DNA of 64,000 bases, taken from assembly GCF_030144855.1 (NCBI RefSeq), contig NC_082731.1, forward strand, positions 27,032,001-27,096,000. The letters run 5' to 3'. The translations under genes and the position numbers were made by a program. Below the pieces are notes generated by a model, which had not been told where the DNA came from, did not search any database, and saw nothing but the letters and a program-made list of their open reading frames with translations. Below, in pieces: positions 39,632-53,605 of the stretch (its first letter is position 1; each line of letters begins with the position of its first letter). The DNA is from Hypanus sabinus (Eukaryota).

Positions 39632-42600
39632 CAAATGCTGGGTTCCCCAGCCTGTATGATGGATTTGTTGATCAAAACTTAAAGTTGTGTTGGGTGTCCT
39701 GATATTTTTTCAACTTAAAGTTCTTCAGAAGTCAGAAAGGGCATTAAAACCCATTTCTTATGACTGCTGATTACTGGTAGCAGACATTCCATTCAAATTC
39801 CATTGCTTAAATTAACCAATAAAATTGTCCCTATTCGAGCAATGTGATACCCACCACTGAAACTGAGAGTTTCCAGGAGATACACAGACAATGGCAACTC
39901 ACTGAACAATTCCATGTGTATCAGCAATTATTTAAAAACAAACAACATAAGAGAGTTAAGCTACCATGAAAATAGGGTATAGTCCAATCTAACACCTGAA
40001 AGTGCAAAATTTCCAAAATGATAAGGGAGCACCATCCCAGTACCTTCCCTGGGACATTTATTTTCAGGTATTGTGAGATCTATTAATCTGTTCTCACCAG
40101 AACAGATACATAGTTTAAAGAGACAAATCCAGTTCAGGTGATATTATTTTATTCAAGGTGAACACAAAAATCAAATAGCAAGCTACTGGCCCAAGGCTCT
40201 TACAGGAGTAAAACTAGACATTTTACTGTCCAGATGTCAGAAAGAAAGGTTTAGTAGATATCTGAACTTGTGGACCTCATCGGCTGACAACCGTGCAATG
40301 ACAATTGGATTACAGATCATTGAATCTCTCTGAATATGCAAGTTTGTTATACTGGATCTTCAGGGCCTGAGAGTTTTCAGGTCAATGATAACCCCGAGCT
40401 CAGTGATTCATAGTGATTGTGGTCTGTGTTGCTGCTTCAGTCTAAACTAGATTCACCAGGCAGCCTTCGTTCTCTTCAATAAACATCAGCTCCAGCATGT
40501 CATACTGGGATTCTGCCCACAGATGTAATGTTGACAAGGCAGTCTGTGGCATCTTTCAGTTTCTCTTTATTTTCCACTTTATTGCTGCCAATTCACGATT
40601 ATCTGATCACCTGAACTAGAGTTGTCAGGCTGGACTTCTGTGCTCAGTTTGAGCAAACACACTTTCAGTTGCTGGTGGGAGTCTCCCAGCTGCTTCAGAA
40701 CATAAAATTCAGGTGTACATACATTTGAACTGCTCATTCCCATAACATAATCGATAAATCAATCAGTAACAGTCAATCATCATTACAGAGAGCCCGTTTC
40801 TGACACGTGGCAAATGCTCTGTAACAAGGAGAGGGTCTTGCTGTCTCTGTGTCTTTTGTCCTTTGGTTTTGATTCATTTTGTCTCATTCTGTGTAATAAA
40901 CATGAACCTGTTGGTTAGTGCAAAGCACAAAGTTAGAATTGTATTTCCATATGTAAAACAGTGTGTTTATTCTTTTTAGTAACACAGCTCCACTGGGAGG
41001 ACCCTCTGCTCAAATTAAACCTGCCTGTGAAACCGGAGAGGAAGTGTAAGGACTGAGTGTTAATGTTATCGCAGAGTTTCAGACATCTGTCAGCTATTAT
41101 TAACAAATAGTTACTGAGTTTCAAGTGAACCTACAACACAGAACAGTACAGCACAGGAACAGGCCTTTCAGCCCATGATGACTGTGACAGCCATAACATC
41201 AAATTAATCGAAACTGAACTATCTGCACAGAATCCATATCCTGAATGGTCATGTGCTTTTTCAAATGTATCTCAACTGTACTATCATGCTGATTCACCAC
41301 CACTCCTGCCAGTGCATTACAGGCACCTATCACTCTCTGTGTAAAAAATACAACCCACAAATCTCTTTTGAATGTTACACCCCTCACCTTAAATCTTTGT
41401 CATTTTGGATATGACATTTTACCCTGGGAAAATGACTTTGACTGTCGACCCTATCGATGACTCTGATGCTTTTATAAGCCTCTATCAGGTTGCCTCTCAG
41501 TTGATGCTCCCGAGTAAACAGTCAACGATTGTTCAGCCTCTCCTTACAGCTAATATTCTCTAATCCAGGCAACATGCTCATGAATGTCCTTTACGCCCTC
41601 TCCAAAGTTCAATAGAGCAACCAGAACTGAAGGTTCATGAAGTTTCACCCAGGTTAATGTAGACATGAAAACCTATGTTTTAACTTGGCCAAAAAGCAAT
41701 CTGTACTCTCCTCTTACCCAGTCACATGATATTCTCCCAGCAGGGACACTGTCTCCTTAATGCTGGAATGTACTGGATTTGACCTTTGGGCTCTTTCCTG
41801 TGAAAATGGGAGCATTTTTTACCTCATTAGTAATATGTGAATATCTTAGCTGCTCAAATACACCCTGAAAAGAACGGTCACGAGAAGGTTGAAGGGTAAA
41901 GCATATTTCCACATCACAGATGATAAAAATACCTGATAGGGTGGAGGAGAAAGGTGGATCAGTATTTAGGAGAGTAAAACTGTTGTAAACAATCATTAAT
42001 CATCCAATTTGGATTATCTATCCAGAGAGTTGGTAGAATATGGATCTCTCCCACAGAAGTGAAAGTGGAGAAAGGGAACAGAAGGAGAACTTAAACCCAG
42101 TTGCACAAAGATGGAGTGACTTGAGGTTCCTGCAGAAAATAAGCAATGGCATGAAATAATTGCTCTGAATCTACTCCTGTGCTGTATGTTTCATTTAAGT
42201 CTGTGTCATACAAGAGTCATAGGAGAGAAACAAAATTTATAGTGTTTCCTTTCCTTCACCATGTTCTTCTCCCACTCTCTTTATCTCTTCCTGGACTTTC
42301 TCTCTCCTGTTCCCCAAAGCACTCACTGCATATTCACATCATTTCCCTCTCCTTTCCTCTTTCCCCTTTCTGTCACCCCTCTCATCACTTCCTCCCCATT
42401 TCTTTCTCTCCCACTTCATGTCTCTTATCCTCTTCCTCCTTCAGTCTCTCTATATGTTCCTCTCTTTATTTTCCCTTCACTTTTCTGTCCATCACCCAAT
42501 CCCAAACACTTTCTCGGGACCTGTTGTTCCCCAGTGGCAGTAGTTGGTCCCAGACCAGTCACCTATGGTCAGGTATATCAGATCGTCAGACCCAACTAGT

Positions 42601-44089
42601 TTCTGCCTTCATTCCCATCAGTATCAGCAGCAGGTTTACTATCACTGACATTTGTTGTGAAATTTATTGTGTTGTGGCAACAGTACAGTGCAACACATAA
42701 ACATCATAAATTACAATAAGATGCATGTCTATATAACTCATGCAAATCGAGAACAAAAACAGGAAGCAGTGTCAATAAGTTGGTCGGTGTTTGGAAACTT
42801 CAAAATGAATAGAGTTGAATTATTAAAATATGTGGAGCCAAGGTGGGTAAATGGAGCTCAGACACAGGTCAGCTGAAGAGGGAATAAACTCGAGGGTTGA
42901 ACAACCTCCTTCTGACACACAGTGCATGGGATAAATTCGATCAGAATCTCTGTGTGCATCTGTTGATTTAGCAGAAACACATTTCATATTTTCATTCTTG
43001 ACAGGTGGGTGAAACTGGACAGTGAAATAGGGGATATTTCCCTCTCAGCTTCCTGTCGGAGATGCGGCTTGACTTAGTCTGAACAGCGGACCTTCCAGAG
43101 AAAATAAGCTTGCTAAAAAGAATAAGCTTGCTTCCCAAGTCATGAAAGTAGTTTCTTGATTCAGGAACCAATACCAATAAACAATTCTTGAAAAGAATCC
43201 TGAAAAGAGGATTGACGAATGGGACAGAAAGTCTGAAGGAAAAAGGGGGTCCATGCACGTATGGAGACATCTGTCCTCTCGGAATTAACAGTATAAAGCT
43301 GACTTGAACCAAACTTACATATTGTGTTCTATGGGAAGAAAACAGAGATTTCCTTAGATTGAAGGGTGGTGTTTTTTACACTGTAAACAGGAAATTTATG
43401 CTCTGGCCCAATGCCATTATACTGATGGTTCCAACTAAACTGCTGCGGTACAGATACAACACTGACATCTGCACAAAAATGGGAAAAATTGCCCAGTATG
43501 TCCATTCTCGAATTGCAGGACAAATTTCATGTGACAATAATGGCCTAATTCATCTACTCAATCTTCAGTAAAGTTTTGGGAGTCATAGACAACAGTGTTG
43601 TAAAGTGGCATGTACTCACCAAATAACCTAATCACCAGCGACCAGTTTAGGTTTTGCTGGGACCATTTGATTTTTCATTGATCAATCTTGTTATCTTGTC
43701 TGTTGCTATCAATTCCTCTGGCAACACATTCCATGTATCGACCACAATTTTGCTTCATAAATCTCATTTAAACTTTTCCCCTCTCATCTGAAACCTCTGC
43801 CCTCTGGCATTTGATGTTTCCACTCTAGAAAAAAGTCTGTGACTGTCTGTGCTCCTCATAAATTTACATACTCCTGTCAGTCCATCCCACAGTCTTCAAT
43901 GCTCCAGCAAAATCAGTCCAAGTTTATCCACACTCTCCTTGCAGGAATTATGCTCCAATCCAAACAACACTTGACTCAATTGACTCTTTACCCTCTCCAA
44001 AGCATCCACATCATTTCTGTAATGCATTGACTAGAACTTTACCTGCTCCAATGTGTAATTAGCAAAAAAGCTCAAGATAAGATGGACAA

Positions 44090-45170
44090 TTTTGGAAGGG
44101 ATCCCCTATGATCTGAGAATTCGGCAGAAGCTCTCCCCATGGATGCTAACAAAAGCTTTTTCAAAGTCCATGAAATTTATGTACAGTTGTCTCTGGAACT
44201 CCGTGCACTGCTCTATGATGTTATGCAGCACGAAGATCTGGTTTGCAGCCACTCTATTCTTTCAGAAGCCAACTTGCTCCTTCTTCAACCATCTGCAGCA
44301 CCTATAATCCTTTGGACAATGACTTCGCTGAGGTGAAAGTGTGATGCCACACCAGTTGTTGCAATCACTTAGTGCTCCTTTCTTGGGGATCCTAACTCCC
44401 TCTGTCCAGTCCTTGGGACTAGTCACCATTCCCGGATTACAGTAAACAGTGGTTGCAGGGTGACTGCTGAAATTTTTGGTTCAGCTTTGAACATTTCGGA
44501 TTTCAAATTGTCATGTTCTGTAGCTTTGCTGTTTCTCAATGGTTTAATCACAGAAACAAACTCTTCTTTCTTCAGTGGATCTGTGTTGATGTCAGGGTCC
44601 TTTGCGTCTACTCAGTAAATCTCTGAAATACCCTGTCCATCATGCTTCATGCTCTTGTCAGAAGCAGACCATTCTCACCTCTCATGGGGCTAGTGAATCT
44701 GGCTTGGAACTTACTGCATACCAATTTTGAAATCTTGTATATATTTTTCTGATCATGTTGACTGGCTGCTGCTATGGCTGCCATGCAAGGTTTTCCTTGT
44801 AGACCCTCTTATCCATTCTTAGAAACTCTTCACTTTCTTGCTAGCTTCAGTGAATGCCAATTGAAATTTCACCTTAATTCATGATGGCTTTGCATTGAAC
44901 ACTTTCTTCTGAACTTTCCATCTTTCTTCTAAGGCTGTCCATGTTTCCTGCTGTATCCATTCTTTGTTTTCCTTTCCAGCTCTATAATGTAGACAAGACT
45001 CTGTGATCTCCTTGAACACTGACACAATCTGTTTCCACATTGTGTTAATCTTGTACACAGGCACATCCTTGCCAAAGCCTGAAATCTGTTCTGAAGTTGA
45101 ATGGTGATAGCAGATCTCACATTGATGTCCCTGAGCTCCTGACCATCAAAACGTCTTTGCAAGGTGGTGA
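44090..45170 (-). mobile_element. RTE-clade LINE fragment (duplication copy 1)
   Basis: Homologous to 54490-55500. Confidence 0.72.
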
Positions 45171-45863
45171 TCACTTCCTGTATCCCAAATCAAATCTGGT
45201 TCATTACACAACATCCAATCCAGAATAGTTGATCCCCTAGTGGGCTCAAGCACAAGCTGCTCTAAAAATACATCTTACAGAAATTGCACAAATTCTCTCT
45301 CTTGGAATCCAAAACCTGATTTTCCCAATCTACCTGCATTTTGAAATTCTCCATGACTATCATAACTTTGTTCTTTTAACGTGTTTTCTATCTCCCATTA
45401 TAATTTGTTGCCCACATGCTGGCTGCTGTTTGAACGACTGCATATAGCTCCCTTCAGGGTCTTTTTAACCTTTGTAGTTCCTTAACTCTACTCATAATGA
45501 TTCTACATCTTCTAATCCTATGTCACCTCTTTTTAAGGATTTTATTTCATTTTTTTTTACCAACAGAACCATGCCACCCCTTCGGCCTACCTGCCTATCC
45601 TTTTGATAGAATGTGTATCCTTGGATGTTAAACTCCCAATTATATATAACCTTCTTTCATCCAGGTATCTGAAATCCTGCCCCCTGTACCAGTTCCTCAG
45701 CCATACTTTAATCAGCCAGCTCATCCTATTTTTATCCTCACAGGCACGTGTCACAGGCAGCAATCCAAAGATTACTGCACTGGAGGTCCTATTTTCAGCT
45801 TTCTACTTGAACTCCAAGGTCCCTCTGTTCAGCTTTTTTGAACAAACAATGGTTTGTACTCAC

Positions 45864-46216
45864 TCAATGGTTAATGGTTAGTGGAGACTCAGTGGTTAAT
45901 GGTTAGAGCAGACTGTGGTTAATGGTTAGTACAGACTCTGTGATTAATGGTTAGTGGAGACTCTGTGGTTGATGGTTAGTGTAGGCTCAGTGGTTAATGG
46001 TTAGAGGAGACTCAGTGGTTAATGGTTAGTGCAGGCTCAGTGGTTAATGGTTAGTGGAGACTCAGTGATTAATGGTCTGTGTACACTCGGTGGTTAATGG
46101 TTAGTGGAGACTCATTGGTTAATGGTTAGTGCAGACTCATTGGTTAATGGTTACTGCAGACTCAGTGGTTAATGGTTAGTGGAGACTAAGTGGTTAATGG
46201 TTAGTGCAGACTCAGT
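45864..46216. repeat. About 25-bp minisatellite (GTGGTTAATGGTTAGTGGAGACTCA), about 14 copies
   Basis: Directly visible tandem units. A 2-3 unit version of the same motif lies at about 32499-32570. Confidence 0.9.
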
Positions 46217-49200
46217 GAGATGATTGGCCTGTTTCTGTGCTGCATCTCTCTATCTTACAGGAAACAATACAGACCAAGTACGGAAGCCCTTGTAAGCGTT
46301 CCCGGGACTAACCATCAAAACAGGTAATTGTGTCCCCACTGCAATCGGAAGGGGAATGCAGACCTGAATCACCAGTGATTGATGCTCTTTCCCAGACACT
46401 GCCTACCTCGCTGCTTTCTGATTTTATTTTCTACACTCTTGCATGTTCTAATAGAAAATGTGACTTCCTTGGGACTCAGCCCCTGTTCATCATCAAGAAC
46501 TTCTGTGGCTCATTTGTGGACGTGGTTAGTCTGCAATGCAAAATAATCGGACAATTTTACCCAAAAGCAACCACTTGCATTTACAGTGTGGCTTTAATAT
46601 AGGAAATCATCAACGGGTGTTTCAGAGGAGCATAAATCAGATGTCAGGTCATAGAAGGAGAGGGGATGGCAGGTGAGGAAGTGTCTGGTCAGAGGAGGAA
46701 TCAGAAAACAATGCCACAATCCAACGGGATGATGTGCTGAAATGGTTTGCACCACAGTTTACTGACTCACTGAGACGTCGACACAGTGATGGAAGAGTGA
46801 AGTGAATGGAAATGACATCCATAAGATGGATTTGAATTAAAGAGGAAGAGAAATACACAGACTGCACACATTCTCAGGGGAAAATTACAAATTCCTTACA
46901 GGCAGCGACAGGAATTGAACCCCAGGTCGCCTGCACTGTAAAGCATTCTGCTAACCACTACACTACCATGCCACCCCAAATGCTGGGTTCCCCGGCCTTT
47001 CTGATAAGAGTCATTGATCAAAACTTAAACTTGTTTTGGATCCTGATGATTTTGCAACCTAAAGTTCTTCAGCAGACAAGAAGGGGCATTGAAACCCATT
47101 GCTTATGACAGCTGACTGCTGGTAGCAGACATTCCATTCAAATTCCATTGCTAAACTTAACCAATAAAGTAGTCCCTATTCAAGCAATGTGATACCTGCC
47201 ACTGAAACTAAGAGTTTCCTGCAGGCAAACAGACAATGGAAACCCACTGAATAATTACATGTATATAAGTAGTCATTTAAAAACAAAAACAAACATAAGC
47301 AAGTTAAACTACAATGAAGATAATAAAGTAGTACCATCCCAGTACCTTCGGGACCATTATTTGCAGCTATTGTGAGATCTGTCAATCTGTCCTTACTAGA
47401 ATTGATCCAGAGTTTAAAGAGACTCAAATCCAGTACAGGTGATGTTATTTCATTTAAGGTGAACACAAAAATCAACAGCAAGGTACTGGCCCAGGATATT
47501 ATAGCAATAAATCTACACATTTTACTATCCAGATGCCAGGGAAAAAGGTTTGGTAGATAGCTATACTTGCAGAACTCATCAGCTCACAACCTTTCAATGA
47601 CAGATTATTGATTCTCTCGGAATATGCAAGTTCGTTATCCTTGATCATCAGGGTCTGAGAGTTTCCAGGCCAATGATAACCCCCAGCTCCCATTGTGATC
47701 CATAGTGATTGTGGTCTGTGTTGCTGTTCAGTCTAAACTTGATTAACCAGGCAGCAATCATTTTGATCAACAAACATCAGCTCCAGCATGTTACACAGTG
47801 ACTCTGTAATGTTGACAAGGCAGTCTGTGGCATCTTTTAGTTTCTCCTGCTTTTTCACTTTATTGCTGACAGGTCACAATTATCTGATCACCGAGATGGA
47901 CTTCTGTGCTCAGTTTGAGCAAACACACTTTAGGTAGTTGGTGGCAGTCTCCCCACTGCTGCAGAACATAAAATGCAGGTGTACATACATTTGAACTGCT
48001 CATTCCCATAACATAATCAATAAATCAATCAGTAACAGTCAATCATCACTACAGTGAGCCCGTTTCTGACACGTGGCAAATGCTCTGTAATAAGGAGAGG
48101 GTCTTGGTCTCTCTGTGTCTTTTGCTCTTTGATTTTGATTCATTTTGTCTCATTCTGTGTGATAAACATGAACCTGTTGGTTGGTGCAAAGCACAAAGTT
48201 AGAATTGTATTTCCATATGTAAAGCAGTGTGTTTATTCATTTTAGTAACACAGCTCCACTGGGAGGGCCCCCTGCTCAAATTAAACCTGCCTGCGAATCG
48301 GAGAGGAAGTGTAAGGACTGAGTGTTAATGTTATCGCAGAGTTTCAGACGTCTGTCAGCTATTAATAACAAATAGTTATTGAGCTTCAAGTAAACCTACA
48401 ACACAGAACAGTACAGCACAGGAACAGGCCCTTCAGCCCATGATGACTGTGACAGCCACAACACCAAATTAATCTAAAGCAAACTATCTGCACAGAATCC
48501 ATATCCCTCCTTATCCTGGATGGTCATGAGCTTTTTCAAATGTATCTCAACTGTACTATCATGCTGATTCACCACCACTCCTGCCAGTGCATTCCAGGCA
48601 CCCGTCTCTCTGTGTAAAAAAGTACAACCCACAAATCTCCTTTGAATGTTATACCCCTCACCTTAAATCTCTTTTGGATTGACATTTTACCCTGGGAAAA
48701 TGACTTTGACTATCAACCCTACCGAAGAATCTCATGCTTTTATAAGCCTCTATCAGGTTGCCTCTCAGCCGACGCTCCCGAGTAAACAGTCAAAGATTGT
48801 TCAGCCTCCCCTTACAGCTAATATTCTGTAATCCAGGCAACATGCTCAAGAACGTCCTTTACACACGCTCCAAAGCTTCCACATCCTTCTTACAGTGGAG
48901 CAACTGAAACTGAAATTTTCATGAAGTTTCACCCAAGTTAATGCAGGCATGAAAACTTGTGCATTAACTTGGGACAAAATACAATCTGTACTCTCCTCTT
49001 ACCCAGTCCCATGAAACTCTCCCAGCAAGGACATTGTCTCCTTGATTCTGGAATGTACTGGATTCAACTTTTGGGCTCTTTCCTGTGGAAACAGGGACAC
49101 ATTTTTAACCTCATTAGTAATACATGAATGGTTTAGATGCTCAAATACACCCTGTCATGAGGGTCATGAGAAGGTTGAAGGGTTAAGCATATTTTCACCT

Positions 49201-49874
49201 CACAGATAATAAAAATACTTGATAGGGTGGAGGAGAAAGGTGGTTCAGTCTTCAAGGGGATTCAAACTATTGTATATAATCACTCATCATCCACTTTGGA
49301 TTATTTATCCAGAGAGTGGGGAGAAAGTGGATCTCTCCCACAGAAGTAAATGTGGGGAAAGGGAGCAGAAGGGAAAGTTAACCCAGTTGGACAAGGATGG
49401 AGTGACTGGAGATTCATTGGGAAAATAAACAATGGCATAAAATAATTGGTCTGAATCTGCTCCTGTGTTGTACGTTTCATTTGTCTGTGTAGTACCAGAG
49501 TCACGGGAGAGAAACAAAATCTATTGAGTTTCCTTTCCTTCACCATGTTCCTCTCCCACTCTCTTTATCTCTTCCTTGGACTTCCACTCTCCTGTTCCCC
49601 CCACACTCTCTGCATATCCACATCATTTCCCTCTCGTTTCCTCTTTCTGTCACCCCTCTCATCACTTCCTCCCCCATTTTATTCTCATGTCTCTTATCCT
49701 CTTCCTCCTTCACTCTCTGTATGTTCCTCTCTCTTTATTTTCCCTTCACTTTTCTGTCCATCACCCAATCACAAATTCTTTCTCAGGAACTGTAGTTTCC
49801 AAGGGGAAGCAGTTGGGCCCAGAACTTCGGTCAGGTATATCAGATCATCAGACTCAACTAGCTTCTGTCTTCAC

Positions 49875-50800
49875 TCTCATCAATATCAGAGGCAGGTTTA
49901 ATATCATATGTAGTGAAATTTGTTGTGTTGTGGCAGCAGTACAGTGCAACATATAAAAATCATAAATTACAATAAGATTAATGTCTGTACAACTCATGCA
50001 ACTCGAGAGCAAAAATAGGAGATAGTGTCCATAAATTGCTTCATTGCCAATTCAGAAATCTGATGGCAGAGGGGAAGAAGCTGTTCCTGAAATGTTGAGT
50101 GTGTTTCTCCAGGCTCCTGTAGCTCCTCTCTGATGGTAGTAATAAGAAGAGAACATGTCCTGTATGATGTGGGTCTTTAATAATGGATGGGGCTTTTTGA
50201 GGCATTGCCTTTTGAAGATGTCCTCAGTGCTGGGGAAGATGGTGCCCGTGATGGAACTGGCTGAGTCTGCAACTCTCTGCAACTTTTTCTGATCCTGTGC
50301 AGTGGTCTGTCTGTACCAAACGGTGATGCAACCACATCGAATGCTCTCCATGGTAGATCTGTAGAAATTTGCTAGAGTATTTGGTCAAACACCAAATCAT
50401 TTCAAACTCCTAATGAAATTTAACCTCTAATGTTCTTTCTTTGTCATTTCATCAATAAGTTGGACCCAGGATAGATCTTTAGCGATGTTGACAGCCAGGA
50501 ATTTTAAACTGCTCACCCTTTCCACTGCTGATCCGTCAATGATACCTGGCGTGTGTTCCTCCACGTTCCCTTCCCAAAGGCCACAATCAATTCATTATTC
50601 TGACTGACACTGAGTGAAGGTCATTGTTGTCACACCAATCTATCTCACCTCAGTACATCTCCTCATCACCATCTGAGATTCTGCCAATAACAGACAAATG
50701 TGATGATGACATTTGAACTGTGACAAGCCACACAGGTGTAGAGAGAATAGAGTGGAGCATGTCCCATATCTCAATTAAGAATGGGACAAAGATGCAGGGG
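49875..50800 (-). mobile_element. Rex1/Babar-like LINE 3' fragment
   Basis: ESIRCGCITVWY...QDQKKLQRVADSASSITG. Confidence 0.75.
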
Positions 50801-51939
50801 AGCTGGAACGGATTAGCTAGCTGTGAGATTTTTAACTTACAGGTGTAAGTCTCAAAAGTTTTAAACAACCTGTAATGAATAAAAGCCAATGGTAGGTCGA
50901 GGCAGGTACACATGAAAATACTCAGGTGTGGTGAGAAACATAAGGAGGTAAACTGCCCTTAGTCACAGAGGTTGTTGTTTGGTGAGCTCATGTTTCAAGA
51001 GAGTTCTTGTTTCTGCTGCGTCAGCTGACTGACAGAGATTCCATAAGGAATAACCAATCCCAGTGGACAGAGGGAATGTGGAAGGTATACTTTGGCTGAG
51101 AGACCACTGGCAGGTTTGGGTTCTAATTAATCTTGATGATGAATTTAAGTTAGGGTCTCAATGTGCTGCAGTTAATGGGGAAAACAGAGATACAGAGGGG
51201 TGGATATTACACTGCTATGGAGTAGAGATCGAATTAGACCACATCTGGAGCACTGGCTGTGTTTCTTGGCATCACCCCTCAGGAAGGATGTGTCTTGGAG
51301 AGGGTGTGTGTGGATGAGGTACAATGAAATGCTACTGGAACTGGGATAAAATATTAGGTCTGGTCTCTTGTTTCCTGAAATGTGGAAAATTGAAGGCGAG
51401 TGTAATTAGGGAGTTTAAAAACATTCTACAAAGGCACAGAAGAATAACACAAAGAAACTGTTATTTCAGGATATACAGGTCACTGGAAATCTGACAGTCT
51501 CCCTGGAAAGTGGTCACTTGTGGGGAAGAGGTGGGAAGTGTCAGTTGAAACTTCAATATTAATAGAATTTTGTTTGAGTTCAGTTATCCAAATATGTGGA
51601 GCCAAGGAGGGTAAATGGAGCTTGGACGTAGGTCAGCTTAAGTGGAAATAGACTGGAGGCTGAACAACCTCCTTCTGACACTCAGTGCACAGGATAAATG
51701 TGAACAGAATCTCTGTGTGGAGCTGTTGATTAACCAGAAACACATTTCATATTTTCATTCTTGACAGGGGATGAAACTGGGCAGTGATATAGGGGATATT
51801 TCATTCTCAGCTTCCTGTCGGAGATGTGGCTTGACTTAATCTGAAAAGGGAATCTTCAAGAGGAAATAGGCTTACTAAAAAGAAAAAGTTTGCTGCTCAA
51901 GGCATAGAAATACTTTTTTGATTCAGGGACCAATACCAT

Positions 51940-52701
51940 AGAACCATAGAACACTACAGCACAGTACAGGCCCTTCAGCCCTCCATGTTGTGCCGACCCA
52001 TAATAATCCTTAAATAAAGTACTAAACCCACAGTAGCACATAACTATCCATTTTCCTTTCACCCATGTGTCTTTCCAAGAGGCTCTTAAATACTCCTAAT
52101 GTTTTAGCCTCCACCACCATCCCGGGCAAGTCATTCCGGGCACTCACAACCCTCTGTGTAAAAAACTTACCCCTGATGTCTCCCCTGAACTTCCTTCCCT
52201 TAATTTGTACATATGCCCTCTGGTGTTTGCTACTGGTGCCCTGAGAAACAGATACTGACTATCCACCCTATCTATGCCTCTCATAATCTTGTAGACCTCT
52301 ATCAGGTCCCCTCTCATTCTTCTACGCTCCAAAGAGAAAAGTCCCTGCTCTGCTAATCTTGCTTCATATGATTTGTTCTCCAAACCAGGCAACATCCTGG
52401 TAAATCTCCTCTGCACCCTCTCCATAGCTTCCACATCCTTCACTAGAGATTTGTAGAGTTGCAACATGAACTTTCTACTCTTGAACTCAACCCCCCTGTT
52501 AATGAAGCCTAGCATCCCATAGGCCTTCTTAACTACCCTATCAACCTGTGCAGCGACCTTTAGGGTTGTATGGATTTGAAGCCCAAGGTCCCTTTGTTCA
52601 TCCACACACTTAAATAACTGACCATTAATCCTGTACTCAGTCTTCTGGTTTGCAGAAGACTTCTGCAAAAGTTTGCAGAAATTTTCTGGTATTAATGGTT
52701 T
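51940..52701 (-). mobile_element. 5'-truncated CR1 insertion specific to duplication copy 2
   Basis: ORF 52144-52716 (RDLGLQIH...AMERVQRRFTRMLPG). AATACCAT is duplicated at 51932-51939 and 52702-52709. The empty site is at about 43165 in copy 1. Confidence 0.88.
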
Positions 52702-52754
52702 AATACCATTAAACAATTCTTGTATTACTGAAAATCCATTTCTTATATTACTAT

Positions 52755-53350
52755 AGATGTACAGTGTAGAGTATTCTGACAGGTTGCATCATTGTCTGGT
52801 ATTGGGCGGGGGGTAGGGGCTACTGCACAAGATCGAAAGAAGCTGCGGGGGGTTGCAAATTTAGCTGGCTTCATCTTGGATACTAGCCTACAAAGCACCC
52901 AGGGCCTCTTCAAGGAGCAATGTCTCAGAAAGGCAGCATCCATTATTAAGGTCCTCCAGCTCCCTGGGCATGCACTTTTCTCACTGTTACCATCAGGTAA
53001 GAGATACAGAAGCATGAAGGCACACACTCAGCAATTCAGGAACAGCTTCTTCCCTTTTGCCATCTGATTCCTAAATGGACATTCCTCACTTTAAAATATA
53101 TTATTTGTTTTTTTTTACATAATTTTAATCTATTCATTATATGTATATTGTTATCTATTTATTTATTTATCTATCTATTTATTTATTTATTCATTATTAT
53201 TTTATTTTGTTTTTTCTCTTTTTTATTTTTAAAACTTTTTTTAGTGAGTTTTCAAATAATTACAGAAAGAAAAGAAAATATGTAAAAAAATGATATATAC
53301 CCTTGCCCCCTCCCCTTAACCCCTCCCACCTAGCATCCCTATAGAAAAAA

Positions 53351-53389
<39 letters not shown>

Positions 53390-53605
53390 GAAAAAAGAAA
53401 GAGTGCCTGGATATCGGAAGATCCCCACATGCTCCATGGAGTTTGTAATAACTTTAGTATATATATTTATTTCTTTCCCCAAATAGCCAATTATTTCATC
53501 TTTGGAGCATTGTTTTTTCTCTTCTATATTATATATTGCATTGAACTGCTGCTGCTATGTTACAAATTTCACGTCACATACTGGTGATAATGAACCTAAT
53601 TCTGA
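52755..53605 (+). mobile_element. Rex1/Babar-like 3' fragment with a nested insertion
   Basis: ATAQDRKKLRGVAN...PGHALFSLLPSGKRYRS...FRNSFFPFAI. Absent from copy 1. Confidence 0.8.
53221..53509 (-). mobile_element. Short L1-like 3'-end insertion with (GAAA)n and a 14-bp TSD
   Basis: TTGTTTTTTCTCTT is exactly duplicated at 53207-53220 and 53510-53523. T-rich left end corresponds to poly(A) on the minus strand. Confidence 0.7.

Larger units (their letters stand above)
32499..45170 (+). repeat. Segmental tandem duplication, copy 1 (interrupted by the L1 at 33054-39062)
   Basis: Colinear with copy 2, e.g. near-identical pseudo-ORFs at 32614 and 46330, 39063 onward vs 46760 onward, 42179 vs 49524, and 44090 vs 54490. 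Confidence 0.88.

Noticed and set aside
47499-47693. Minus-strand ORF with LRR-like motifs (SQTLMIKDNEL, INNLSLKGCEL)
   Set aside because: The 16-residue spacing is too short for an RI-type LRR, the paralogous copy (about 40260-40390) has a stop and an indel, and no splice support was found.
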